A DNA stretch of 63,510 bases, the filler included, from Craspedostauros australis (lineage: Eukaryota): the NCBI GenBank assembly GCA_030167865.1. It is 12 parts of 12 records of this genome, joined end to end, with 100 filler letters (N's around TTAATTAATTAA, not from the genome) between each part and the next. Parts side by side here need not be neighbours in the genome. Positions count along the whole stretch, not along the records: positions 1 to 20,997 come from JALAGF010003432.1; 11 more parts are not named here. One strand, 5' to 3'. This document shows, piece after piece, positions 10,417 to 20,880 of this stretch (its first letter is position 1; every line of letters starts with the position of its first letter). The notes under the pieces are model-generated. The model worked only from the letters and a program-made list of their open reading frames with translations. It made no database searches and was not told the origin of the DNA. The position numbers and the translations under genes were made by a program.

Positions 10417-12690
10417 CGCCCCTTCATGACATCTTGGGATGGAATATCCAACGGATGGCTTGATCGTTGTATACTTGTAGACGAGGTGGTTTGTTGTTGC
10501 CTGCATGGGTGGCTCAGCTGTTGTCTTGTCCTTTGCACCTTCTTTCGTTTTCAGTTTCTTCGCTAGTTTGACTCCAACCAGGTGAGGTGGTACGCGAAAC
10601 AAAGACATCGCACGAAGCTGGGTGAATGCGGATTTCCCAAGCGGCTTCGTCAAGATGTCTGCTTCATTCTTTGTTGAGTCGATGTGAATGAATACCAAAA
10701 CTCCTGCTGCGATGGCCTCCCTTACTCGGTGGAACGCGATTCCACAGTGCTTTTTCTTGAGCACGCTGGAAGGAATAGTCGTGTTCAACACCACTGATTT
10801 GTTGTCTCCATACATTTGTGTTGGTCCTGCAAGTGGTACCCCGATCATTCGTAATGCCGTTCGGAGTTCGATGATCATGTCCACAGCGATTCTTGCCGCC
10901 ACCAATTCGGATCCATAGGTAGAGGATTCAACGGTTCGTTGGCGTTTGCAGTACGTTCTGACCACCATACCGTTGATCTTTACAATGATGCCAGTCACTG
11001 ATCTGCGCGTGACAAGGTCATGTGCGTGGTCTGCATCCACATACACTGTCATGTGTGCTGGTTTCCCTTTTGCGATGGGCATCGTGTATGGTAGCTCCTC
11101 AGTTGCGTCTGGATAGTATTCACGCCATTTCTCGGACAATGGTTGTGGACCATGTTCGACTTGTGGTGGGTTGGGATCACAGTACAACCTTCCTGCGGGA
11201 TTATGTTTCAGGTATCCAAAGACTCGTGTCATCGCATTGAAGTGGCCTCTGCGGGGTGCCATGGAGAATCGTGCAAGTGCCATGACGGCGTATTGAACAT
11301 CAAATCTCCCCAGGGTGATAATCCAATTCGCACAACCTATCATGGTGCGGAATTGGCTGGCCTCGTACCCGGATAGCAGTTCGCTGTCATCAGTCTCCGG
11401 ATGGTATGATTCGGCCATCGGGGTACTCCAGGTTTTCAGCTCGCGTTGAATGGTTTGTTCGATTTTCTCACTTGCGTTTTTGATGTATGTACGCGCAGAC
11501 AAAGCCAATTGGATACCGTGCTTCTGCCATGAGTTGTCAAGGGGTTCGACATTCCCTCCGAGGTAGTAATCCGGTGCTCCGACTTGCTTCATTACGTATT
11601 CTTTCTTCAGTTCGTCCATGATCTTGGATGGTTCCCTGCTGAAAACCAAAACATCATCGACATACGTCGTGATCATCTCGTAATGGTCTTGTCGTGGTCT
11701 GATCCACAGATCTGCATCGTATTGTGACGGGGTAAAACCGAGACTTCTGAACTTCGCGGCCAGATGTTCGTGAAACCGTGCACTGGAAGTGCGTAGGCCA
11801 TAGAGACCTTTGTGAATGATCAGTGGCCTACCTTCCAACTCTCCGAATTCTGGCCCTGCGGTGATGTAACATCGTTCATTGGTCTTGGCGTAAAGGAAAG
11901 CATTTCCTACATCTCCCGCACACACGATGAGTCCGTTCATTTCCGCGATGATGAAAGCAATCCGCACGGAGTCGATAGCGACTACTCCGGAGTATACATC
12001 CTCTGTGCCTGGCTGCGTATGGTTGCCATCGGCCACAAGGCGAGCTTTTCTCCGCAAATCGAACTTCACATCGAAGATTATGTGATATGGAATCCGTGTG
12101 AATGTGGTCAGGTCATCGTCCTTGGTGACTGGTCTGAATGTTTTGTAGCCGTTGATCTGACCAAGCTCTTTCTGCAGCGCTTCATGCCATAGGTTGTTTC
12201 CGTTTATCTTGTCCAGGTACAGTGCATGTCGAACGCTGTTGGGAACCTGTATGCCAAATTTGAATCGTACTCCTTTGCGGTTGGCTTTCTTCTTGTGGGC
12301 TTCTGTTGCTAACACGCGCTGCATTGCTTGGTTCTGCTCCATCAGTTCGGTCGTCCATGCGAATTGTGGATGATTTTCCAGTTGTTTGTTCCGTGCGTAC
12401 TTGGCAATGATATAGGGGTCATCAAGCCGGATGTCATCCATGCTATGCCAGGACTTTTCACCATTGGCCCATGCCACCCTGAGTTTGATATAGTCGTTGT
12501 CACGCCCTCGCGAACTGGTTTTGTGGTCCAGGATGCATGAGATGGTGTTTTCTAGGTTTACACCATCGTGGAGTTCATCCACACGATCGCTAAATTGATC
12601 CATCAGTTGCATGTATGCGAGTTGCTTCTTCTCGTCATGCGTGAGGGTTGTTGACAGTACTCGTGGTTCTATCTCAGAGCGAAGGATAAT
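10381..12690 (-). CDS. pol: Copia Pol C-terminal part: post-integrase region, reverse transcriptase, RNase H
   Basis: RKARLVADG, DVGNAFL, KGLYGLRTS, YVDD and YYLG (RT). YVDADHA, RRSVTG, ESSTYGSE, GDNKSV, KKKH and ADILTKPL (Copia RNase H). The frame runs through the PPT and stops inside the LTR at 10381. Confidence 0.9.
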   Translation of the reverse strand: MILRSEIEPRVLSTTLTHDEKKQLAYMQLMDQFSDRVDELHDGVNLENTISCILDHKTSSRGRDNDYIKLRVAWANGEKSWHSMDDIRLDDPYIIAKYARNKQLENHPQFAWTTELMEQNQAMQRVLATEAHKKKANRKGVRFKFGIQVPNSVRHALYLDKINGNNLWHEALQKELGQINGYKTFRPVTKDDDLTTFTRIPYHIIFDVKFDLRRKARLVADGNHTQPGTEDVYSGVVAIDSVRIAFIIAEMNGLIVCAGDVGNAFLYAKTNERCYITAGPEFGELEGRPLIIHKGLYGLRTSSARFHEHLAAKFRSLGFTPSQYDADLWIRPRQDHYEMITTYVDDVLVFSREPSKIMDELKKEYVMKQVGAPDYYLGGNVEPLDNSWQKHGIQLALSARTYIKNASEKIEQTIQRELKTWSTPMAESYHPETDDSELLSGYEASQFRTMIGCANWIITLGRFDVQYAVMALARFSMAPRRGHFNAMTRVFGYLKHNPAGRLYCDPNPPQVEHGPQPLSEKWREYYPDATEELPYTMPIAKGKPAHMTVYVDADHAHDLVTRRSVTGIIVKINGMVVRTYCKRQRTVESSTYGSELVAARIAVDMIIELRTALRMIGVPLAGPTQMYGDNKSVVLNTTIPSSVLKKKHCGIAFHRVREAIAAGVLVFIHIDSTKNEADILTKPLGKSAFTQLRAMSLFRVPPHLVGVKLAKKLKTKEGAKDKTTAEPPMQATTNHLVYKYTTIKPSVGYSIPRCHEGAYWSVGDGNEVK

Positions 12691-12815
12691 GACGAGAACA
12701 CCCAAAACACAAACAAACGATAACACTAGTAAAGCAAAAAATCCAAACAAAAATTCTGACACCAGTACAACTTCTACGGAATCCGCAAGTAGGCAACAGC
12801 CGCGAAAGATCGACC

Positions 12816-15236
12816 ATGACGTCAACAAACGGCACAAGTTTGAAGCAAACTTCCAACGATACGGAGCGCCCAATGAACCAAGGCACACCATCAGGAGAAA
12901 CAGGAGGACCCAAGCCACCTCCGGAGCCAGATCCGAAGGTTGTGGCAGCCGAAATGATGGAGAAACAGAACAGAATCGCCATCCAGTGGTACGAACCGGA
13001 AACAACACGATGGAAAAAACTTCCAAAGCAGGTGGCGGAAAACGCCAAAGCCATCAGGGCTACAGACGTCTATGACGAAGGACCATCCTCACTCCATGAC
13101 AGAGCCAAACGAATGTACATCCAGAAAGCGGAGTGGGAAGGCAAGGACACATCTACAGCATCGTCCCACATGCCCAGCACACAGGAGCTCTCGGAGTTTT
13201 TCCAGAAGGTGATGGACGGGCGAACCAACAAATTCGGAACCCACCGAGTGGCACAAGATGCTCCCCAACGTGTGAAAATCAAGCAACTGGTGGCAGACCT
13301 ATCCAAGACGGACCCAGCTGAGTGCTTTAAGATGGAAATGCACGTGGACAACAAATCCATGGCAAGGAACCAAATGACGTTGGCATGGGCAGCAGCCGTA
13401 CGGTACATGGGATGCCAATACTCCGATGTAATCATGGCAGCAGACGCATCCTCTGACAGCGACGATGACATGGATGGAATCCAGTTGGAATCAATCCTCG
13501 TCAAACGCACCCGACAGACATCGTTAACACAACACGTGGTCAAAAAGCCTCCAAAAACCAAAGTCAGAGTAGTGGCACCAGATGGATCCGTTGAGGAAAC
13601 TCCGGAAGCCCAGAAACCAGGCGACGACGCACCATGGATCAGAGTACAGGCATCCTCAACCCAAATGATGGCAACCCCCAAACGAAAATTCAACGAACGC
13701 TTCGACCTCCGACTGGCCATCCCAAAAAATTCATCGACGCCAATCCGAGACTTCCAATCCAGATTCGAATTGTGGTTTGACCACGCGCTAACGATAGAGC
13801 CCAAGCTCGTCATATACCCCTGGTACAAGCGGCACAAGTCGGCAGGCACCATTTCCGAGAGCGAGCCAATCCCAACGAACTGGGACGAGCTCAAGAAGTT
13901 CGTGTGCAGGGCCAAACCTACAGCCAAGGAGACGGACGTATACATGCAGCTAAAGCTGGGTGGTAGCCAGAACCTCAACGCACTGACAAGTCGCCGAGCA
14001 GAAATGGAAGGAGGATATGCCACGGGAGAGTACGCGTACATCAGAGACCTAAAGGACGCGGAGAACATCACGGATGTCGGATTCCTAGCCTACTCAGGAA
14101 ACTTCACCAACGCAAAACAGACAATCGGAGTTATCAACGGCCTGCTGGAAAAGATTCAGCCCAAACTGAAAGTAGGAGGCAGGACCAAATTCCTGGGGCA
14201 GGTGTCGGACGAAACAAGAGATGAGCACAAAAAGAAAGGAGGCACGTGGATCAACACGCCGTGGGTCGCCCTACACCTTCACGCAAACACCACTCATGCA
14301 CGGAAAGTGGCAAAGGCGCTGGGCAAAGTGTTCAACATGAAGGGCGCGGACCGAGGAGGGCTGAACTATAGGTTTGTCCCAAATCCGGGCACTGCCACCA
14401 TCGGCGCCGACACAGCCGCAAAGCTCAGAAAGATGACTCGCAAGCACCAACGCTACGTTCGGCAGCTCAAGCGCTTTCGGCTCGACGGTGACGTCGCTCT
14501 CGACACCCCCGACGGGGACACGAAAACCACCACCCTTCGCGAATTCCTGAGCAATCAGCGCACACCGGAAGGGAATCCATTCATCCACGACGTCAGCACC
14601 ACCCATATGGTGGACGGAGACGAAGACGCGCTCAGCATAGTAGCGTTCGACGACCGCTACGACCAGGCAAAGAACATCCTCAATTCCATCGCCATCCGGT
14701 GCAGAACGGAAATCAATTCATCCACCGACGATTGGTTCGACGACAACATTCTGGAGATGAGTGCTGGATACGCCAGAGACGCAACGGGCAAAGGGTACGA
14801 GGACGTGGAGTTCGAAGGAGAGCTGGACTTCATAATGGATGAGGAGATGGGACCAGTGGAGATCGAAGGGATGGAAGAAATAGAAGACGATTCCCTCCCA
14901 GGATCCCCCGTGGCGAAAAAACCAAGACTGGAAGACGAGTCATTCCAAACGTTCAGATCCGAATGCGGAAAATCCCGCGCGTCCACCATCTACAGCATAC
15001 CAGAGTCCACCGATGAAAGTGAGGAAATGAGGAAGGACGAGCTAGCAACAGTCATGAGACAAGCACGAGAAGCGCAGCAAGCGGAGACCAACAGACAAAA
15101 ACTGGAGGAACAACGACAAGAACTCATCGAGAAAAACCGCATCATCGAGGAGTTACGGGCCAAACATGCAGAGGTAGAGCCCAACCACTCCTTGACCCCC
15201 GGCTCAAGCACGGCAGGGGGCCAATCCACTGATTAA
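12816..15236 (+). CDS. LINE ORF1 protein (806 aa)
   Basis: Long ORF directly upstream of ORF2, with an NLS-like PVAKKPRL and a C-terminal coiled coil (RKDELATVMRQAREAQQAE...EELRAK). Confidence 0.8.
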   Translation: MTSTNGTSLKQTSNDTERPMNQGTPSGETGGPKPPPEPDPKVVAAEMMEKQNRIAIQWYEPETTRWKKLPKQVAENAKAIRATDVYDEGPSSLHDRAKRMYIQKAEWEGKDTSTASSHMPSTQELSEFFQKVMDGRTNKFGTHRVAQDAPQRVKIKQLVADLSKTDPAECFKMEMHVDNKSMARNQMTLAWAAAVRYMGCQYSDVIMAADASSDSDDDMDGIQLESILVKRTRQTSLTQHVVKKPPKTKVRVVAPDGSVEETPEAQKPGDDAPWIRVQASSTQMMATPKRKFNERFDLRLAIPKNSSTPIRDFQSRFELWFDHALTIEPKLVIYPWYKRHKSAGTISESEPIPTNWDELKKFVCRAKPTAKETDVYMQLKLGGSQNLNALTSRRAEMEGGYATGEYAYIRDLKDAENITDVGFLAYSGNFTNAKQTIGVINGLLEKIQPKLKVGGRTKFLGQVSDETRDEHKKKGGTWINTPWVALHLHANTTHARKVAKALGKVFNMKGADRGGLNYRFVPNPGTATIGADTAAKLRKMTRKHQRYVRQLKRFRLDGDVALDTPDGDTKTTTLREFLSNQRTPEGNPFIHDVSTTHMVDGDEDALSIVAFDDRYDQAKNILNSIAIRCRTEINSSTDDWFDDNILEMSAGYARDATGKGYEDVEFEGELDFIMDEEMGPVEIEGMEEIEDDSLPGSPVAKKPRLEDESFQTFRSECGKSRASTIYSIPESTDESEEMRKDELATVMRQAREAQQAETNRQKLEEQRQELIEKNRIIEELRAKHAEVEPNHSLTPGSSTAGGQSTD

Positions 15237-18200
15237 CGTTGGGCTGGAGGAACGGGAAGCATCAACACCCACCTCCGCAAGCCTAACGGATGCATCAGGG
15301 GAGGACGCGCGTCGGAATGAGCGCGACCCCCAGGTCTCCTACTGGGGAGACAACCCTCGCGACAAAGGGCACCACACATTACGCATAGGTGCTCTCAACG
15401 TGGGCTGTCTACCCGAAGAGACCGGCCATTGGAAGAACAGAGACGCATGGGAGTGGACTAAACAACTGAAGCTCGACGTGGTTCTGCTCTCCGAGATTGG
15501 CTTGAACTGGTCCAAGGTCGCGAAACGCCACTCGTGGCACTCGCGCATCAAAGGCCAGTTCAGCTCGTGGCGCCAAAACATGGCACACAACCAACAGGAA
15601 AAAATGGGCCCGGTAAGGCAATGGGGAGGGACAGGATGCTTGCTCATCAACAACATAGCGGGAAGGCACATACTCTCCCACGAGGACCCAAGGAAATTAG
15701 GCAGATGGGCCAGCATGACACTTCGAGGAAAAGACGACAAAGCCGTGAGAGTGGTCAGCGTCTACATCCCAACGTCATCCGGAAAAGGGCCGCGCACGGT
15801 AGCAAATCAGCACGCAACCTGGTTGGAGTCTGAAGGGATCACAACGGCGCCCATTGCAATGCTCATACAAGACCTAGAAGAGGAGATACACAAATGGCAC
15901 GAAGCGGGAGAAACAATCATCATTGGTGGCGACATCAACATGCAAGTCACAAACTCGCAGATGGCAACGATGCTACAACGACAAGGGCTGAAGGAAACAA
16001 TACTCAGCAAACATCCGAGCCAAGCACCGGTGTCCACCCAAATACGATCGGAATCGGAAAGAGTGATAGACAGCATCTGGGTGTCCGAATCAGTGATGGT
16101 ACAACGAGCGGGTTACAGTCAATTCGGAAGCTGGGACCACCGCACAGCCTGGATAGAAATATCCAGTGAATCCATCTTCGGCACACGCAGCCGACCGACA
16201 CAGAAGTTCGAAGGCAGACGATTGCAGACCAACAAGCCAGCCACGCTGAAAAGATATCAGAAAGCAGTGACAGCCGGCTATGAAGACGCCAAGCTCACAC
16301 AGCGGTCGGCGGCAGTGTTGGCAGCAGTGCGAAGGAGTGAAGCAATGACGGACGCTATTATCGCGGAGATCGAGGACATCGACACGGAGCGCTCGAGAAT
16401 CGTGACGCAGGCCGAACGGGGATCCAGACGAGTGTTCGCGGGCAGAGTGCCATACTCCCCGAAAGCGAAAAAGGCGGCGATGGAGAAAAAGTTCTGGGAG
16501 ATAGCGTGGAAGCGACGGCAGGGATCAAGGGTCAGTGCCAGATGGTATGACCGTGCCAAAAAAGCAGCAGGCGTACGCCAACCAACGGCACACCTCACTC
16601 TGGACGACATCCAACGGAAAAGAAAAGAAGCCCATGAGCACTGGAAACGAATCAAACGCGAAGCTCTCACACACAGACGGACATTCCTCGAACAACGAGC
16701 GGACGAAATGGCGGAGGCAGGCAACACACCCGCCAGCACCGCACTCGCCATCCTCATCACAAGAGAGGAGACAGCGGAGACCTTCAGGTCCATCAAACGC
16801 GCAATACAAGGAGACTCTAGCGGAAGCAAGGTCACGGCAGTCATCGCCAAGGATGGAAATGGGGAAGAACGCACATTCAGCAAAGAGCAGGAAGTCATCG
16901 CCCAGTGCATGAAAGCCAACGAACAGAAGTATAGGCAAGCATATGTCACGCCGATGCAATCCGACGGGTTCAAGCGCAGCTTGGAGCAAGGAGGCATCAG
17001 ATTCGCAGCACGTCGGCACGGAAACTCCATGGACCAGTACTCCATGGCATTGCTGGAGCAGCTGCACGCAACCAGCCAGTCACCATTGTGGAGCGATATC
17101 CGGTTTGAGATTACCACCAAGGAGCACCAGCAAGCTTGGGCGAAAGCTCGAGAGCGCACGGCATCAGGGCCATCAGGTCTGCACTTCGGCATGTGGAAGG
17201 CCAACGCCAAAATCCCCGAGGTCGCAACGGCTGATGCAGCCATGCGCGAGGTCTCGCTAAGGTCAGGGTACAACCTGCAAAGGTGGCTCCGCTGCTCAGA
17301 CATCACGCTGCTGAAAGAAGAAGGCAACTACAGAGTTGAAAGGTTCCGTACCATCAGCTTAGTAGAAGGAGACTTCAATGCCAACCTCAAAAAGATAGGG
17401 CGGGAAATGATGAGCCACGCAGAAGCCCACGGCCTACTACCCGAAGAGCAATACGGAAGTCGGAAGCAGCGCAGCGCGGCGGAAGTAAGCCTGAACAACC
17501 GGCTCACAAGCGACATAATCCGGAGCACAGGGTGCACAAGCTTCGTGTGCTCGAATGACGCGAAAAGTTGCTACGACCGAATGGCACACGTACCATTGCA
17601 ACTCAGCATGCGTAGCATCGGAGTGCCACCAGTCGTAAGCACGAGCGTGGTAGCAGCAGTGGAGGCGATGAAGCATCACGTGCTAACAGGTTACGGATTG
17701 TCACGAACCACCTATCCGAAAAGAGAGCCCAAACTTCAAGGACTACTGCAAGGACTGGGAATATCGCCAGCCGGATGGGTCGCCATGAGCTCACCATTGA
17801 TGAAGACCATGGCCGAAAGAGGCTACGGATTCACCACACGACACCCCGTGACCAACGAGACGGTCCAGCTAGTGTGCTTCTCCTTCGTCGACGACACAGA
17901 CATTATCCACACCATACAGACGGACCCGACCAACAACGAGGAATGCATAAAGGAGATACAACGGGTGGTCGACACGTGGGAAGGTATGCTCAGAGCCACA
18001 GGCGGTGCCCTCGAGCCAAAAAAGAGCTACTGGTACCTGCTAGCATTCAAATGGGACGGCAAGGAATGGGCGTACTGCGATGAGGAAGAAATCCCAGGGA
18101 GCATCAGCATCAGGCAGCCGGACAGCAACGAAAGGTCGACTTTACTTCGCCTGTCAGCCAGCCAGTCAAGGAAAGCGCTTGGAGTCATGGTCCGTCACGA

Positions 18201-20880
18201 CGGAGATCAGCAAGACAACGTGCGGATGTACACCCAAAAAGCCCGCAAGTGGGCGGACGCAGTTCGACGGGGAGGTCTTCTCCGAGGACAGGCGAAAGTA
18301 GCCCTACACTCCACCATTATGAAGACTCTGGAATATCCGCTCGCAAGCGCCACGTTCTCCAAGGAGGAATCCGAAGGCGTAATGAGGCCAATGCTTCAAT
18401 CAGCGTTGCCTGCAATGGGGATACAACGAAACGTGTCGCGAGCCCTGGTGTTCGGGCCACGGAAGACCATCGGCCTCGGGATCCCGCACCTGTATTACAC
18501 TCAGATCACTCGCCATATCGAGGAAATCGTCAAGCACTGGGGACAACCTACGATCACCGGAAAGCTAATGCGCAATGCGCTGAGCATTCTGGAGTTGCAA
18601 GCGGGAGTGGACCAGGTGTTCACACGGAAGCATTGCCAATGGAAAGGGGTACTGTCTCCATCCTGGATGCAATCAGTATGGACAGAGCTAAATCACGTGA
18701 GCGTCAAGCTCCAGTTCGAGACGGAGTCAATACCGAAGCCCAGAGAAGGCGACTCGTTCATCATGGAACGGGTGCTTGCGCTCGACCTACCCAAGGCTTC
18801 GCTCCAAGCAGTCAACCAATGCCGCATTGCGAAGAAAGTGCTATGGGTTTCCGATATAACGAATGTACGCGGAGACGAGGTCCTAGCCGAGTCTACTTCT
18901 CCTGGGCCAATACCACTGCGCCGGAGCCGGCTGCAATGGCCCCCGGTAGGAGAGCCCACGCCCACACAGTGGAAGGAATGGAAGAAGGCGATCGACCGGT
19001 GTTACCCGCCCACACGAGGGCAGACAAGAACGCTGGCGAAGTCCCTGGGTCAATGGCGCAGCTACAGCTCCCAGGTGCCCCAATTCCGGTATGACCCCGG
19101 AGCAGACAGAGTGACGGCGGCAGGCCAAGACGCAATATATTACAGGCGCATCCCTCGACGTGGACGCAAGAAAGAATACACCGAAACCAGAGGCAGGACG
19201 ACGCACGGCACGGGACTGGTGGACGGATACCACAGCGGACCCAACATCACGATCACGGCATCGGCGCCAGGCATACCAGGCATGCCCCAGCCGGCAGCGC
19301 TTAACCTACAAGAGACCATCAGGCAACTGCCAGAATCCTCGGCGTGGGCGATAGCGGCATGGGAGATGGAAGGAGAGGAAGCAATATTGGGAGAAGCCAT
19401 CCGCGACGGCACGCTCACCGCTTGCAGTGACGGGTCCGTCGCCGACGGGCAAGGCGCAGCAGGCGCGGTCGTCACCGGGAAGTCTCGAGGCCAGACAACC
19501 AAGATCTGGGTGACGTGCGGGACACCTCGCAGCAGCGACACCATGCAGTCGCACCGGGCGGAGCTGTCCGGGCTGTACAGTCTCATGGTAATGCTACAAA
19601 GCATATGCACCTCCCAGCGAATCCTCGCCGGAAAAGCCACCGTAGGATGCGACAACGTGGGAGCCCTCAAGGCTCTGGACACCGAGTGGTACATGACCGC
19701 CAAAGCGACCGACGCAGATCTCATGAGGGCCACCAGGCACAAAATGCGACGACTACCGATAGAGATCGTCGGAAGACACGTGAAGGGACACCAAGACGAC
19801 GGCAAGCCATGGCACGAACTGGACGACTGGGCGAGAATGAACGTGGAAGCTGACAGACTGGCCGGGGCGCAACGACGATCCAACCAGGGAGCCACGCCTT
19901 ATGATGGGATCATCGAAGGGGAGGAAGTATGCCTCTTCAGGCATATGAAGATAACCTCGGTGCGCTACGCACATATAGCCGAGGAAGGTCTGGCCGCATC
20001 AACCTTCGAGATCCTACGCAAACGGAAAGTGGTACACCAGGCAGCGGAAGTCAGTTGGCCGGTGGTAAGCAGGGCAATCAAGGGTCTGGATCACGCCAGC
20101 GCGGCGCTGACGTTCAAGCTGGTCGCAGGGGAAGCAGCCGTGGGACGACGCATGAAGCAGTGGGGGCTCCGAGAATCCAGCCAATGCCCCAGTTGTGGTG
20201 CGGAAGAGACTTCGAAGCACATCTGGGAATGCCCCGCGGAGCACCGGAAGGAGGCGACGAAGAAGCACCTACTCGGAATCCGGATGTGGATGGCGAAGTA
20301 CCCGACGAGTCCACAAGTCACGGCGGCAATGACAGCGATGTTGAAAAGCCAGTTCGCCGGAGCGGCCTACCTGCAATCGACTAGCGTGCGAGGCTCAACG
20401 GCGGAAGCAGTGGAGCAGCAACGACAGATAGGCCAAATCTCCCTCTCGCGAGGAATGATCGGGTCCAAGTGGGTGAGCATACAGACAGACTTCCTGGTGA
20501 GTCAGGGATCGCGACGATCGCCCCTAACGTGGGGGGCAGAGCTGGCCCGACGCGTATGGAAAGTAGCGTGGGAGCAATGGCGGCTTCGAAATCATGACAT
20601 GTTTCACGAAGCCGAGTCAGCTGAGCAAGATATGATGGAGGCCATGCGAGCCAGGTCGGAAGATCTGGCCGGCAAGCTCCAAGACAACAATATTGCGCAC
20701 AAGCGCATCCGCAAGTCTTACCCAGGAAGGGACGCCGACGCAGCAAGCGTAGCCCTGTGGATGGAGCAGGCCGCAAGGCTACTCCATACCCGCATGGCCG
20801 CCGGACCACTAGCCAAGTGGATGCAAGTCCACTCGCGCACAGGTTTCCAAATTCGACGTCCGACAGAAGCACCCAAGTGA
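15196..20880 (+). CDS. LINE ORF2: apurinic-type endonuclease, reverse transcriptase, RNase H, CCHC finger (frame open from 15196; initiation site unknown)
   Basis: APE: RIGALNV, LLSE, VSVYIP, GGDIN, IDSIW, DHR. RT: GPSG, FRTISL, EQYG, DAKSCYD, QGLGISP, FVDD. RNase H: SDGS, RAEL, CDN, HVKGH, NVEAD. Finger: CPSC...H...C. Confidence 0.92.
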   Translation, partial: PPAQARQGANPLINVGLEEREASTPTSASLTDASGEDARRNERDPQVSYWGDNPRDKGHHTLRIGALNVGCLPEETGHWKNRDAWEWTKQLKLDVVLLSEIGLNWSKVAKRHSWHSRIKGQFSSWRQNMAHNQQEKMGPVRQWGGTGCLLINNIAGRHILSHEDPRKLGRWASMTLRGKDDKAVRVVSVYIPTSSGKGPRTVANQHATWLESEGITTAPIAMLIQDLEEEIHKWHEAGETIIIGGDINMQVTNSQMATMLQRQGLKETILSKHPSQAPVSTQIRSESERVIDSIWVSESVMVQRAGYSQFGSWDHRTAWIEISSESIFGTRSRPTQKFEGRRLQTNKPATLKRYQKAVTAGYEDAKLTQRSAAVLAAVRRSEAMTDAIIAEIEDIDTERSRIVTQAERGSRRVFAGRVPYSPKAKKAAMEKKFWEIAWKRRQGSRVSARWYDRAKKAAGVRQPTAHLTLDDIQRKRKEAHEHWKRIKREALTHRRTFLEQRADEMAEAGNTPASTALAILITREETAETFRSIKRAIQGDSSGSKVTAVIAKDGNGEERTFSKEQEVIAQCMKANEQKYRQAYVTPMQSDGFKRSLEQGGIRFAARRHGNSMDQYSMALLEQLHATSQSPLWSDIRFEITTKEHQQAWAKARERTASGPSGLHFGMWKANAKIPEVATADAAMREVSLRSGYNLQRWLRCSDITLLKEEGNYRVERFRTISLVEGDFNANLKKIGREMMSHAEAHGLLPEEQYGSRKQRSAAEVSLNNRLTSDIIRSTGCTSFVCSNDAKSCYDRMAHVPLQLSMRSIGVPPVVSTSVVAAVEAMKHHVLTGYGLSRTTYPKREPKLQGLLQGLGISPAGWVAMSSPLMKTMAERGYGFTTRHPVTNETVQLVCFSFVDDTDIIHTIQTDPTNNEECIKEIQRVVDTWEGMLRATGGALEPKKSYWYLLAFKWDGKEWAYCDEEEIPGSISIRQPDSNERSTLLRLSASQSRKALGVMVRHDGDQQDNVRMYTQKARKWADAVRRGGLLRGQAKVALHSTIMKTLEYPLASATFSKEESEGVMRPMLQSALPAMGIQRNVSRALVFGPRKTIGLGIPHLYYTQITRHIEEIVKHWGQPTITGKLMRNALSILELQAGVDQVFTRKHCQWKGVLSPSWMQSVWTELNHVSVKLQFETESIPKPREGDSFIMERVLALDLPKASLQAVNQCRIAKKVLWVSDITNVRGDEVLAESTSPGPIPLRRSRLQWPPVGEPTPTQWKEWKKAIDRCYPPTRGQTRTLAKSLGQWRSYSSQVPQFRYDPGADRVTAAGQDAIYYRRIPRRGRKKEYTETRGRTTHGTGLVDGYHSGPNITITASAPGIPGMPQPAALNLQETIRQLPESSAWAIAAWEMEGEEAILGEAIRDGTLTACSDGSVADGQGAAGAVVTGKSRGQTTKIWVTCGTPRSSDTMQSHRAELSGLYSLMVMLQSICTSQRILAGKATVGCDNVGALKALDTEWYMTAKATDADLMRATRHKMRRLPIEIVGRHVKGHQDDGKPWHELDDWARMNVEADRLAGAQRRSNQGATPYDGIIEGEEVCLFRHMKITSVRYAHIAEEGLAASTFEILRKRKVVHQAAEVSWPVVSRAIKGLDHASAALTFKLVAGEAAVGRRMKQWGLRESSQCPSCGAEETSKHIWECPAEHRKEATKKHLLGIRMWMAKYPTSPQVTAAMTAMLKSQFAGAAYLQSTSVRGSTAEAVEQQRQIGQISLSRGMIGSKWVSIQTDFLVSQGSRRSPLTWGAELARRVWKVAWEQWRLRNHDMFHEAESAEQDMMEAMRARSEDLAGKLQDNNIAHKRIRKSYPGRDADAASVALWMEQAARLLHTRMAAGPLAKWMQVHSRTGFQIRRPTEAPK

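Larger units (their letters stand above)
10205..12690 (-). mobile_element. Ty1/Copia LTR retrotransposon (CoDi-like), 3' half, interrupted by a LINE; right boundary approximate
   Basis: Copia RT and RNase H ORF, followed by a polypurine tract and LTR. Similarity to Copia is lost near 12690, where the A-rich LINE leader begins. Confidence 0.85.

Noticed and set aside
12691..13026. Hydrophobic N-terminal extension of the 881-aa Copia ORF
   Set aside because: It is the antisense strand of the A-rich LINE leader and ORF1, open by chance, and not part of Pol.
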